Part shown: in pieces, positions 28,652-38,825 of the stretch
Layout: each line of letters begins with the position of its first letter
Numbering within the stretch: position 1 is the first letter of the stretch
Origin: an uncultured Sangeribacter sp.
GTDB lineage: Bacteria > Bacteroidota > Bacteroidia > Bacteroidales > Muribaculaceae
Assembly (NCBI GenBank): GCA_964588625.1
Contig: CAZPQD010000001.1
Coordinates: 6,023-70,022 of the forward strand
DNA length: 64,000 bases
Direction: 5' to 3'
Position numbers and translations under genes: made by a program
Notes under the pieces: model-generated
Database searches by the model: none
The model's input: the letters and a program-made list of their open reading frames with translations, nothing else
Told to the model about the DNA's origin: nothing

Positions 28652-30385
28652 ATGACAAGCAAATGGAATTATCAACCCCTCACTCTCCAGCAGCAACAGC
28701 AGGCTGACGCCTTGCTTCCTGTCTGCTCGGGGCAGAAGGCCGTGGCGGAGTTGCTCATCAGGCGTGGAGTCACGTCGCCTGAGGAGGCTAACTCTTTTTT
28801 TGCGCCGGCAATCAGCGACATGCCCGACCCTTTTCTGATGCCCGACATGGATAAGGCTGTGGAGAGACTCAACCGCGCCATGGGCTCGAAGGAGAGGATT
28901 ATGATCTATGGAGATTACGATGTCGACGGCACCACGGCCGTGGCTCTCGTCTACAAGTATCTGCAGAATTATTATAGCAACATTGAATATTACATCCCTA
29001 CCCGCTATGAGGAGGGCTACGGAATTTCGCTCAAGAGCATTGATTACGCTGCTGAAAATGATGTGAAGCTCGTCATCGTACTCGACTGCGGCATCAAGGC
29101 CATCAAGGAGATAGAATATGCCAAGCAGAAGGGTATAGACTTCATTATCTGCGACCATCATGTTCCCGACGAACAGTTGCCTCCAGCCGTAGCTATTCTG
29201 AATCCAAAGATGCCGGACTCAACCTATCCCTGTCCTCACCTAAGCGGATGCGGTGTTGGCTTCAAGTTCATGCAGGCATTTGCTCAGAGCAATGGACTGA
29301 CCAATCACAATGAACTTGAATCCTTGCTTGACCTTACGGCTGTCAGTATCGCAGCTGATATTGTCCCCATCGTTGGAGAAAACCGTGTGATGGCTTTCCA
29401 CGGATTGAAGCGCCTCAACTCGAACCCTAATCTGGGCTTGAGAAGCATCATCCGTCTTTGTAAGCTTACAAATAAGGATATCACCATATCTGACGTCATC
29501 TTCAAGATCGGTCCGCGCATCAATGCTTCCGGTAGGATGCAGAGTGGCATAGAAGCTGTCGACCTGCTCGTCTGCCGCGATCTTCATGACGCTTATGAGA
29601 AGGGTAAGGACATCGACCAATATAACAAGGACCGCAAGGAGCTTGACAAGCGTATCACGGAGGAGGCTAATGCCTTGATTGAAAAAAATGTCAACATCAT
29701 CCATGGCAAGCGCTCCATTGTTGTCTATAACAAGGATTGGCATAAGGGCATAATCGGTATTGTAGCCTCACGCCTTACGGAGCTATATTACAAACCGGCC
29801 GTTGTTCTCACTTATTCCAACGGTATGGCTACAGGCAGCTCGCGGTCGGTGCAGGGTTTTGACATTTATTCTGCCGTAAATTCCACTCGTGATCTTCTGG
29901 AGAATTTCGGAGGCCATACCTATGCTGTTGGTCTTACCCTCAAGGAGGAGAACATTCCGGAGTTTGCCCGCAGGTTTGAGCAGTATGTGTCGGATCATAT
30001 ACAACCCAACCAGCTCTCCCCACAGCAGGAGATAGATGCTGTGATTGAGTTTGCGGAGATCACACCGGAATTCATAGCCTATCTAAAGAAATTCAACCCT
30101 TTCGGACCAGGCAACCAGAAACCGGTGTTCTGCACCCGTAATGTCTTCGATTTCGGCACGAGCAAACTCGTGGGTAAGAATATGGAACATATAAAGCTTG
30201 AACTTGAGGATAACAGCACGAGCCGTGTGCTCAATGCCATAGCTTTCAATATGGCTCCCTATTTCGAGCATATACATGCCCACAAGCCCATCGACATCAT
30301 CTACACTATCGAGCAGAGCAAGCACAGCAATCGTCCGGATGCCATCCAACTCATGATACGCGATATCCGGATTCCTGAGAAGTGA
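28652..30385 (+). CDS. recJ: Single-stranded-DNA-specific exonuclease RecJ
   Basis: YGDYDVDG, DCG, DHH, PRINASGR, GSSRS, FGGH. Confidence 0.96.
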   Translation: MTSKWNYQPLTLQQQQQADALLPVCSGQKAVAELLIRRGVTSPEEANSFFAPAISDMPDPFLMPDMDKAVERLNRAMGSKERIMIYGDYDVDGTTAVALVYKYLQNYYSNIEYYIPTRYEEGYGISLKSIDYAAENDVKLVIVLDCGIKAIKEIEYAKQKGIDFIICDHHVPDEQLPPAVAILNPKMPDSTYPCPHLSGCGVGFKFMQAFAQSNGLTNHNELESLLDLTAVSIAADIVPIVGENRVMAFHGLKRLNSNPNLGLRSIIRLCKLTNKDITISDVIFKIGPRINASGRMQSGIEAVDLLVCRDLHDAYEKGKDIDQYNKDRKELDKRITEEANALIEKNVNIIHGKRSIVVYNKDWHKGIIGIVASRLTELYYKPAVVLTYSNGMATGSSRSVQGFDIYSAVNSTRDLLENFGGHTYAVGLTLKEENIPEFARRFEQYVSDHIQPNQLSPQQEIDAVIEFAEITPEFIAYLKKFNPFGPGNQKPVFCTRNVFDFGTSKLVGKNMEHIKLELEDNSTSRVLNAIAFNMAPYFEHIHAHKPIDIIYTIEQSKHSNRPDAIQLMIRDIRIPEK

Positions 30386-30448
30386 ATGTTGAGGTCTCCT
30401 TCAAAAGCATGAGGTTTCCGTTTTCTTCCAAAGGCTGCCTTATATATA

Positions 30449-32374
30449 ATGAGTAAGAACTCCCTTTCAATTCATGACATACTGAAAAAGTATTGGGGTT
30501 ATGATTCTTTCCGTCCGCTTCAGACGGAGATCATAACCTCTGTGCTTTCCGGCAACGATACTCTCGGACTCATGCCAACGGGTGGGGGAAAGTCGATTAC
30601 CTTCCAGGTGCCGGGTTTGCTACTTCCGGGATTGACCGTCGTTGTAACTCCCCTCATCTCCCTGATGAAGGATCAGGTGGATGCTCTCCGCAAACGCCGT
30701 ATCAACGCTGTCTACCTGCATTCGGGAATGACAACTTCCGAAAACCGTATCGCCTGGGAAAGACTCACCAACGGCAGAGCTCGTTTTCTATACATTTCCC
30801 CCGAACGTTTGCGCAACGAACGGTTTGTGGCCGATTTGAAGAGAATGAACGTTTCCCTTATTGTGGTGGATGAGGCTCATTGCATCTCACAGTGGGGTTA
30901 TGATTTCCGTCCTGCCTATCTCAACATCAAGGTGCTCCGTAAGGAGATACCCTCAGCCCCTATATTGGCACTTACGGCTACTGCCACAAAGGAAGTGGCG
31001 GCCGACATCTGCCGCAATCTTGAATTCCGGAAGGGTTATAAGGCCTATCGGAAAAGTTTTGCCCGCCATAACATCAGCTATATAGTCCGCTATTCGGATG
31101 CTAAAATCAACGACGTGGCCCATATTCTCGGAAGGACAAGCGGGAGTGCCATTGTGTATGTGAGAAGCCGGAAACGTACGCGTGAGATAGCGGATTTCCT
31201 CAACAACGCCGGTATTGAAGCTACATTCTATCATGCCGGTCTTCAGTTTGAGGTGAAGGAGGAGCGTCAGAATGCCTGGCAGGAGGGGAGTGTCAGGGTG
31301 ATGGTTGCCACCAACGCCTTCGGCATGGGTATCGATAAACCCGATGTCCGAACAGTGATACATTACGATCTTCCCCCTTCGCTTGAGGAATACTATCAGG
31401 AAGCTGGTCGCGCAGGGCGTGATGGCCTCGCAAGCTTTGCGGTTGCCCTTTATTCGCGCAATGACAAGGCGCTCCTGCGGCGTCGCGTCACTGAAGCCTT
31501 TCCCGAGCGAAGCTATATAGTTTCCGTCTATGAGCGTGTGCTCAATTTCCTGAACATTGCAGTGGGGGAGGGCTATAATATGGTGAAGGAATTTGACTTC
31601 GACGGATTTGTCAGGACATTCAGCCTGCAAGATAAACAGTGTCTCGCTGCCTTGAGGATACTCTCGAGAGCCGGATACCTTGAATATATAGATGAGACAG
31701 AGAACGCCTCGAGGGTGACGATGCGGGTGAGCCGTGAGGAACTTTATGACGTCAGAGGATTGACCATGAATGCCAATAAGGTGCTTGACTGCACCCTGCG
31801 CACCTATACCGGGCTCTTTATCGACTATGCCTATATCTCCGAACCGAAAGTTGCCACCCTTTCCGGGTTGACGCCTCAGGAGGTATATGAGGCTTATCTT
31901 GAGTTGTCGAGGGCCGGTGTGATCCACTATGTGCCTCGGAAGCGCACACCTTATATATATATACCCACATCACGTGAGGAACCACGTTATCTGATCATCG
32001 GCAGAAATGTCTATGAAGACCGTAAGGCAATCCTCAGCCGGAGGGTTGAGGCGATGGTGGACTATATATATAATGGAAAGGATTGCAGGGTGTCAAGGAT
32101 GCTGGCATACTTCGGGGAGGAGAAGCCGGGAAATTGCAACAGTTGTGATGTTTGCAGGGAAAACAACGTCTCCAACCGAAACAGGCAGCAACGTGAGGAG
32201 GAACTGATGGACTCGTTTATGAAACTGGTGGAAGCTCATCCGGAAGGTATCTCCTATCAAATGGCAGCCTCAACGCTCGGGGTTGCTCCCCAACGTCTTG
32301 ACGATTGTCTTAAATTTCTTTGCAATGAAGGATTCATCCTCTTCAGAGATGCTCTTTACTATCCAATCGTATGA
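30449..32374 (+). CDS. recQ: RecQ-family ATP-dependent DNA helicase
   Basis: PTGGGKS, DEAHCISQWGYDFRP, TAT, QEAGRAGRDG, Zn-binding CR...CNSCDVC. Confidence 0.92.
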   Translation: MSKNSLSIHDILKKYWGYDSFRPLQTEIITSVLSGNDTLGLMPTGGGKSITFQVPGLLLPGLTVVVTPLISLMKDQVDALRKRRINAVYLHSGMTTSENRIAWERLTNGRARFLYISPERLRNERFVADLKRMNVSLIVVDEAHCISQWGYDFRPAYLNIKVLRKEIPSAPILALTATATKEVAADICRNLEFRKGYKAYRKSFARHNISYIVRYSDAKINDVAHILGRTSGSAIVYVRSRKRTREIADFLNNAGIEATFYHAGLQFEVKEERQNAWQEGSVRVMVATNAFGMGIDKPDVRTVIHYDLPPSLEEYYQEAGRAGRDGLASFAVALYSRNDKALLRRRVTEAFPERSYIVSVYERVLNFLNIAVGEGYNMVKEFDFDGFVRTFSLQDKQCLAALRILSRAGYLEYIDETENASRVTMRVSREELYDVRGLTMNANKVLDCTLRTYTGLFIDYAYISEPKVATLSGLTPQEVYEAYLELSRAGVIHYVPRKRTPYIYIPTSREEPRYLIIGRNVYEDRKAILSRRVEAMVDYIYNGKDCRVSRMLAYFGEEKPGNCNSCDVCRENNVSNRNRQQREEELMDSFMKLVEAHPEGISYQMAASTLGVAPQRLDDCLKFLCNEGFILFRDALYYPIV

Positions 32375-32536
32375 AATAAGCCCTACTGACTTTTGATTCT
32401 GATTATCAATATGTTAGTATGAAGTATAAGTTGATTTGAAGAAAAAGTCATCCTTCAGATAGTTGAAAGATGAAGAGAAAGTGAAAAAAGATTGCCAACA
32501 AATGGTGAAAATATTGTGATAAATAAAAAATTTGAT

Positions 32537-32544
32537 TAATTTTG
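32537..32544 (+). promoter_or_regulatory. Promoter -7 element of the fimbrial locus, with an IHF-like site upstream at 32404-32416
   Basis: TAATTTTG; TATCAATATGTTA matches WATCAANNNNTTR. Confidence 0.5.
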
Positions 32545-32693
32545 CACGTCAATTCCAATCAAGAGGGATGACTAACGATTAATCGAGAGCAGATAAAACC
32601 AAAACGATTTCATTATAACCTCTTGCAAACTTACAAACTTTGGGCATACCACTAACGACTTGACAAAGAAACAACAACAATAAAACCACATTT

Positions 32694-34799
32694 ATGAAAA
32701 ATTCAAAATTCCTGTGGTCGCTTCTCGCACTGCCTGCATTGGCAGCTTGCTCAAACGACCTCCCTGAGATGGACGACTACAAGGGAGTCGGCCGCGACGG
32801 TGTATACATGGCCGTCAATCTCACGCCTTCAAGAGGAACCCGAAGCGAGACCAACGGTCCTGACAGCAGTTCTGACGGAGTAGAAGTCGGAACAGATGCT
32901 GAGAACGCTATCAACGGTGCACTCATCCTCATTGCTGACCCCGACAATGGCTTCATCGGATCCGCTTATGTGAACGCCAGCGGTGAGGCAGCCGACGGCA
33001 AGATCACTCAGTCAATCTCCGCCGGCAATCCCTTCTATCAGTCGATTGCCAAATTCGACAAGACAGCCCTCGCCACCTATTATGACAATCATAAGGGCGA
33101 CCCCAACGTAGGCAACGTCAATGTCTTCGTTTACTGTAATCCTCCCGCTTCTCTCGTTGCCATGATCAATGGCACTTCCGAAGAGGATGGCATGAACGTT
33201 GGAAGCACTGACTGGGTAAACCTCGAGTGGGTTTACAATGAAGCCAATGAGAGCACCAACAGCATCTGGGGTGCTTCACCCAACAGAGGATTCACTATGA
33301 CCAACAGCCTTCTCGCTGAACGTCAGCTCCCCTCAAACATCACTGAATGGAATAAATATGACAGCGAGACCAACGCTTTCAATCTTTCCGGTGTCAACCA
33401 GCCTGGAACAGAGGATGCTGTCGATAACCTCACCAACCGTGGTGCTGTGACAGTGGAGCGCATGGCTGCTCGTTTTGACTTCCGCGACGGTTCGCAGATG
33501 GTCGATTCCGAGGGCAAGCCTATGGGTAATGGTGTCAAGGGACAGCCTTTCACTTATGGTGTTGTAAAGAACACAAAGGGCGAAGTCATCGTCAATTGCG
33601 AGCTTCAGAGAATCGCCCTCACAAACATGTGCAACAGTGAGTATTATCTTGGCCGAGTATCCGACAACGGACGCATGACCACAGATTCAAACTGGGCTCT
33701 TTGCGGTGCTGAGATGCCCTGGTTTGATGGTACTGGCGGCAATTATGTAGTCTCCAGCTATGCTCAGGCCAAATATGACCTTATCAAGACAGACTTCGCC
33801 ACTTACTTCCAGTATCCTTTCTTCTCTCAGATGGGTACTGTTTCCTCCAAGGGTGCTGACTGGGATTGGTATGATGTCTCTACAGTAATGGGTGGAAACA
33901 AGGATAACTATAAGGATCAGGATTATCGCGTATGGCGTTACGTGACAGAGAATACTATCCCTGCCCCTGCCGATAAGCAGGTTAACGCTCAGTCCACTGG
34001 CGTTGTCTTCAAGACACGCATGCTTCCCACCGATAAGCTTAATGATAGTGGAAGCGACAAGTGGGAGAGAATGCTTTACCAGTCTCTCACATATGACACC
34101 GGAAGTGTAGGTAATGAGGTATCCCTCAATAACAATCCCGATACTGACCCCATCCTTTACAGCCTTGCAGGCAATACTCTTTATGTGACATGGGAAAATG
34201 TGCGCGCTGCCGCTCTTTCTGAGGCCGGTTTTAATGAAGAGACAGGTGACCTCACCAACCTCGACCGTCACGCTCCCCTTTATGTCCTTGTGTTCGGTGA
34301 GAACGGCGGTTTCGGCAGCGAGAAGCTTGCAAATGGCACTGTAATTGTTGATAATCTTGCTCAGAATCCCAACTCACCTGACTACTACTGGCATCTTTGG
34401 GAGAATGCCCGTAAGTCAGATCCTACTCATGCTCAGACTGCCACTCAGACTGCAAGAAAGAATTTCAAGGCTGCTGCAACAGGTGCCGGATTCGCTCTTT
34501 ATCAGTCGAGTCAGGATGAGGCTGGCCACTGGGGCTACTATTGCTACTATTACTACTGGAACCGTCATAATGACAACATGGAGAACAGTGTGATGGGCCC
34601 CATGGAGTTCGCAGTGGTTCGCAACAATGTCTATAAGCTTGCCCTCACAAAACTCCTCACTCTCGGTCATCCCCGTATCCCGGAGAACGATCCCAACGAT
34701 CCGAAGCCGGACACTCCCGATGAGACTTCCACTGTCTATCTGACTGTGAATGTCGAGGTGCTTCCCTGGGTTGTTCGAATCAACAATATCGAATTCTGA
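32694..34799 (+). CDS. Mfa1-family type V fimbrial major subunit (lipoprotein)
   Basis: Lipobox LAAC; RGTR-S processing-like site; VERMAARFDF; EFAVVRNNVYKL; Pro-rich segment; VEVLPW C-terminal strand. Confidence 0.88.
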   Translation: MKNSKFLWSLLALPALAACSNDLPEMDDYKGVGRDGVYMAVNLTPSRGTRSETNGPDSSSDGVEVGTDAENAINGALILIADPDNGFIGSAYVNASGEAADGKITQSISAGNPFYQSIAKFDKTALATYYDNHKGDPNVGNVNVFVYCNPPASLVAMINGTSEEDGMNVGSTDWVNLEWVYNEANESTNSIWGASPNRGFTMTNSLLAERQLPSNITEWNKYDSETNAFNLSGVNQPGTEDAVDNLTNRGAVTVERMAARFDFRDGSQMVDSEGKPMGNGVKGQPFTYGVVKNTKGEVIVNCELQRIALTNMCNSEYYLGRVSDNGRMTTDSNWALCGAEMPWFDGTGGNYVVSSYAQAKYDLIKTDFATYFQYPFFSQMGTVSSKGADWDWYDVSTVMGGNKDNYKDQDYRVWRYVTENTIPAPADKQVNAQSTGVVFKTRMLPTDKLNDSGSDKWERMLYQSLTYDTGSVGNEVSLNNNPDTDPILYSLAGNTLYVTWENVRAAALSEAGFNEETGDLTNLDRHAPLYVLVFGENGGFGSEKLANGTVIVDNLAQNPNSPDYYWHLWENARKSDPTHAQTATQTARKNFKAAATGAGFALYQSSQDEAGHWGYYCYYYYWNRHNDNMENSVMGPMEFAVVRNNVYKLALTKLLTLGHPRIPENDPNDPKPDTPDETSTVYLTVNVEVLPWVVRINNIEF

Positions 34800-34826
34800 T
34801 AAAGAATTAAATTGTTCTCTAAATAC

Positions 34827-34883
34827 TGGCGGGCGGTCATTCTGCGTCTCCTTCAACGGGGCTTCTGACCGCCCGCCATTTTT
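34827..34883 (+). terminator. Stem-loop terminator between the major pilin and anchor pilin genes
   Basis: TGGCGGGCGGTCA ... TGACCGCCCGCCA followed by TTTTT. Confidence 0.75.
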
Positions 34884-34984
34884 CAGATTTACTTAGGCTT
34901 CTCTTCATCATTTTTCTTTTGGCATTAATTATTAATTAGTCGAATTGCCTGTCCCGGAGCGAAGCCTTACTCTACATTTTTATT

Positions 34985-35998
34985 ATGAGTATCCTGAAAA
35001 AAATTAAGACCGCAGCTCTGGCTTTGCTGGCTCTATTGCCCGTAGGCCTTACATCCTGCGAATCCGTATGGGAAGACCTTGATCCATGTCCGGAGGGGGT
35101 AAGACTCCGTTTTGTCTATGACTATAATATGGAGTATGCCAATGCCTTCCCTTCTCAGGTGGATTGCCTCACTGTCCTTGTATATGATAAGGAAGGCAAA
35201 TATGTCAAGACCATGACAGCGGCAAGACCGGAAACTTCCGACGAAGACTGGCGTATGGAAATAGAACTGCCGGCCGGCGACTATAAACTGCTCGCTTATG
35301 GCGGCATGGATTGCGAGAACGCCTCCTTCAAATTTGCTTCGGATCCTTCCGAAACCCTCTTGAAGGACCTCAAGGTCTATCTTCCCGACAATCTTATAAC
35401 TACTGATGTCGGAACCGACCTTCATCCGCTTTTCTATGGAAGGCTCGACCTGACAATCCCCTCTACATCTACAAAATATGTGGAGAAGACTGTATATATG
35501 ATGAAGGATACCAACGACATACGCATCTTGCTTGCGAATGCCAATGGTCAGCCTACTAACGCTAAGGATTTCATCTTCACCATCACCGACGATAATACTT
35601 GGTTCAATTATCTCAATTATGTGATTCCTACCAAGAACGTCACTTATTATCCCTGGACTAAGGGAAATGCCGATGCTGGCCTGCTCCCCGGTGGCGAACC
35701 TACAAACGTCACCTTCGCAGAATTCAGTGTATCTCGTCTGATGGATAAGTCAAAGGCATGCCTTAGGATCACACGTGCATCCGATGGCAAGGAGGTTGTA
35801 AAAATCAGCCTTATCAAGGTGCTTGAGCTTCTCAAAAGTTCCCATTTTGATAAGATGGATAATCAGGAATTCCTCGACCGTGAGAGCCGCTGGAAGATGG
35901 CCTTCATCCTCACTGGTGACGATGTTTGGGCCGGCGTTTCAATCATCATCAATGATTGGGTGGTGCGTATCAACAACATCAATGACCTTGGCCTATAA
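34985..35998 (+). CDS. FimB/Mfa2-family fimbrial anchor subunit (lipoprotein)
   Basis: Lipobox LTSC; EDLDPC, LRFVYDYNMEYANAF, LFYG, KDTN, FLDRE, INDW. Confidence 0.9.
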   Translation: MSILKKIKTAALALLALLPVGLTSCESVWEDLDPCPEGVRLRFVYDYNMEYANAFPSQVDCLTVLVYDKEGKYVKTMTAARPETSDEDWRMEIELPAGDYKLLAYGGMDCENASFKFASDPSETLLKDLKVYLPDNLITTDVGTDLHPLFYGRLDLTIPSTSTKYVEKTVYMMKDTNDIRILLANANGQPTNAKDFIFTITDDNTWFNYLNYVIPTKNVTYYPWTKGNADAGLLPGGEPTNVTFAEFSVSRLMDKSKACLRITRASDGKEVVKISLIKVLELLKSSHFDKMDNQEFLDRESRWKMAFILTGDDVWAGVSIIINDWVVRINNINDLGL

Positions 35999-36061
35999 GT
36001 CATTACAGGAATTTAAGGCGTCTGTTTGCCAATAACATCCCTGAAAACGAACTTTATCTGT

Positions 36062-36104
36062 GGAGATCCCCGACTGGAGAGGTCGGGGGTCTCCTCTTTT
36101 TTTT
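36062..36104 (+). terminator. Intrinsic terminator of the fimbrial operon
   Basis: GGAGATCCCCGAC / GTCGGGGGTCTCC stem plus T8 tract. Confidence 0.85.
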
Positions 36105-36113
36105 CATCCGTGT

Positions 36114-36144
36114 TTTGCGGGTTGACTCAAAATTATTAACTTTG
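36114..36144 (+). promoter_or_regulatory. SigmaA promoter of nadE
   Basis: TTTG, N19, TAACTTTG. Confidence 0.7.
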
Positions 36145-36166
36145 TAATTCAAGTAATGATATTACC

Positions 36167-38137
36167 ATGAATTCAAAGGATGCCATCAAATACGGATTTA
36201 TAAGAATTGCAGCCTGTGTGCCGGAAGTTAAAGTGGCTGATGTGGATGCCAATGTCAGGGCTATTATGTCAATGGCCGCTGAGGCAAGGGATGAAGGTGC
36301 GTCAATAGCTCTTTTCCCTGAGCTCTCTATAACTGGCTATACATGCGCGGATCTTTTCAATCAGTCTTTTCTACTTGACAAAGCTATCGAGGGACTACGC
36401 GAGGTCGTTAGGTCTTCGGCATGCAATCCGGAATTGCCTGTAATGGTAGTAGGTCTGCCAATGATGATTGATGGCAGGCTTTATAATTGTGCAGCAGTTA
36501 TATCCAAAGGAAAAGTAGCCGGTATAGTACCCAAGATACACATACCGAATTATGCGGAGTTCTACGAGAAAAGATGGTTTGCTTCAGGCAGTCTCCTGCC
36601 GGCTGAAGGCTTAATTGGCTTATCCATCTACGGTGAAGATGAAACTAAGGTTCCTGTGGGCGCCGATCTTCTTTTTGACATCAATGGTGCAAAAGTTGGA
36701 ATAGAGATATGTGAGGACCTTTGGGTGCCCGTTCCGCCGAGTTCAAACCTTTGCCGGAAAGGAGCGGAGGTTATCTTAAATCTTTCTGCATCTGACGATA
36801 ATATCGGTAAACATGATTACCTTCTCTCTCTCATCAGCCAGCAGAGTGCAAGATGCCGCTGTGTCTACGCCTATGCCTCTGCCGGTTGGGGAGAGTCTTC
36901 CACCGATCTTTCATTCTGCGGCAATGCCATCATTGCATCCGACGGTTCGATCATTGCCGCATCCCCTCGGTTCCGGCCCCATGGATTTTTGGAGACTGCC
37001 ACTGTTGACATTGATTTGCTCCGTAATGAGCGCATGAAATACAATACATTCTTTGATGGTGCTGAAAGACTGATGCCTCTCCGGACTATAAATGTCCCCG
37101 CTCCGGCTACTGGAGATTTTGATGAAGCGCACCTGAACGTGAATCCTGCGCCATTTGTTCCTTCAGACAGCGACAATCTTGCCGCCCGTTGTGAGGAAAT
37201 AACATCCATTCAGTCCTGGGGATTGATGAGAAGGCTGGATGCCACGGGATGCCGAAAGGCAATAATCGGAATTTCAGGTGGCCTTGACTCTACATTGGCT
37301 TTGCTCGTGACGGTGAAGGCCTTTGATTCGCTCAGTATACCGAGGGAGAATATAATAGCGGTCACAATGCCCGGCTTCGGCACCACCGACCGCACACACA
37401 ACAACGCCTGGAATCTGATGGGAGAACTCGGCGTGACGCGCCATGAAATTCCCATCGGTGATGCTGTGAGGTTGCATTTCAGAGATATCCATCAAGATGA
37501 GAGCGTGCATGACGCTACTTATGAAAACGGTCAGGCAAGAGAAAGGACACAGATTCTTATGGATCTTGCCAACAAGGAGGGTGGAATGGTTATTGGCACC
37601 GGCGATCTCTCGGAACTTGCCCTCGGATGGTGCACCTATAATGGCGACCAGATGTCGATGTATGGAGTCAATGCTTCAATCCCTAAATCTTTGGTGCGTT
37701 ATCTCGTCAGTTGGCATGCTTCTCAATCTGACGAGAAAGTAAGGAACCTATTGCAGGATATTATTGACACCCCGATAAGTCCGGAGTTGATTCCGGCAAA
37801 TCCTGACGGGACAATCGAACAGAAGACAGAGGATCTCGTCGGCCCTTACGATCTTCATGATTTCTTTCTTTTCCATACTCTCCGCAACGGCTTTTCTCCC
37901 TCCAAGATTTTTCTCCTTGCCACAAGAGCCTTCGAGGGTCGCTTCGATAAGGAGACAATACTGAAATGGCTACGGACTTTCTACCGTCGTTTCTTCTCGC
38001 AGCAGTTTAAGCGCTCTGCTATGCCTGACGGTCCGAAAGTAGGATCCGTATGCCTTTCGCCACGAGGAGATTGGAGGATGCCATCAGATGCAGTATCTGC
38101 AATGTGGTTGAAGGAAGTTGACTCTCTTAAAGTGTAA
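36167..38137 (+). CDS. nadE: Glutamine-dependent NAD(+) synthetase
   Basis: Nitrilase domain (FPEL, PK, EICEDLW) plus GISGGLDS, ENGQARER, SPEL and QFKRS. Confidence 0.96.
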   Translation: MNSKDAIKYGFIRIAACVPEVKVADVDANVRAIMSMAAEARDEGASIALFPELSITGYTCADLFNQSFLLDKAIEGLREVVRSSACNPELPVMVVGLPMMIDGRLYNCAAVISKGKVAGIVPKIHIPNYAEFYEKRWFASGSLLPAEGLIGLSIYGEDETKVPVGADLLFDINGAKVGIEICEDLWVPVPPSSNLCRKGAEVILNLSASDDNIGKHDYLLSLISQQSARCRCVYAYASAGWGESSTDLSFCGNAIIASDGSIIAASPRFRPHGFLETATVDIDLLRNERMKYNTFFDGAERLMPLRTINVPAPATGDFDEAHLNVNPAPFVPSDSDNLAARCEEITSIQSWGLMRRLDATGCRKAIIGISGGLDSTLALLVTVKAFDSLSIPRENIIAVTMPGFGTTDRTHNNAWNLMGELGVTRHEIPIGDAVRLHFRDIHQDESVHDATYENGQARERTQILMDLANKEGGMVIGTGDLSELALGWCTYNGDQMSMYGVNASIPKSLVRYLVSWHASQSDEKVRNLLQDIIDTPISPELIPANPDGTIEQKTEDLVGPYDLHDFFLFHTLRNGFSPSKIFLLATRAFEGRFDKETILKWLRTFYRRFFSQQFKRSAMPDGPKVGSVCLSPRGDWRMPSDAVSAMWLKEVDSLKV

Positions 38138-38237
38138 GATTCAGATCTCCCTCAGTTAAATATTTTTGCTCTCTCATGTAAGATCTTGGGTAATGTGTAA
38201 GATCTTGGGTATTGAGCCAAAAAAAGAATATAACACA

Positions 38238-38798
38238 ATGGAAGAAGATATAAAGAAAGCTGTTGACGTGCTTCGCAAGGGAGGCATAATCCTTTATCCC
38301 ACAGATACGATATGGGGAATAGGATGTGATGCCACCAATGAAGAGGCTGTCCGCAGGATATTCGAGCTCAAGAAACGCGCCGATTCCAAGTCGATGATAG
38401 TGCTTGTAGACAATGAGGCAGCTCTTGAGCGGATTGTAGAGGACGTTCCTGAAGTGGCCTGGCAACTAATCGAGGTTGCCGTAGATCCCTTGACTATTGT
38501 TTTCGACAAGGGGAAGGGACTCGCACCCTCCCTGTTAGCCGGCGACGGGTCCATAGGAGTAAGGATTACACATGAAAAATTCTCACGTGAGCTCTGCAGG
38601 CGTCTGCGCAGACCGATTGTCTCCACTTCCGCCAATATCAGTGGACAGACGGCTCCGGCAGTTTTCAGCGAGATAAGTGATGAGATTTTGAATGGTGTTG
38701 ATTATGTGGCTGAATCCCGTCGTGATGAGGAGGGAGAAGCTAAACCGAGCGGAATCATCAAAGTGTCTGATGGAGGCCTCATAAAGGTTATCAGATGA
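38238..38798 (+). CDS. tsaC: L-threonylcarbamoyladenylate synthase (Sua5/YrdC)
   Basis: YPTDTIWGIGC, KKR, STSANISG; start placed at ATG 38238. Confidence 0.9.
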   Translation: MEEDIKKAVDVLRKGGIILYPTDTIWGIGCDATNEEAVRRIFELKKRADSKSMIVLVDNEAALERIVEDVPEVAWQLIEVAVDPLTIVFDKGKGLAPSLLAGDGSIGVRITHEKFSRELCRRLRRPIVSTSANISGQTAPAVFSEISDEILNGVDYVAESRRDEEGEAKPSGIIKVSDGGLIKVIR

Positions 38799-38825
38799 AG
38801 TGTATGAATTGCCGAGAATAAGGAT

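Noticed and set aside
30953-31927. Long antisense ORFs (e.g. 30953-31927, 8877-9797, 59387-60226, 6519-7253)
   Set aside because: They are shadows or alternative frames of well-supported genes and carry no recognisable motifs.
32440-32690. Invertible promoter of the fimbrial operon
   Set aside because: No inverted repeats flanking the promoter were found and no recombinase is adjacent; only a short ACTAACGA direct repeat is present.
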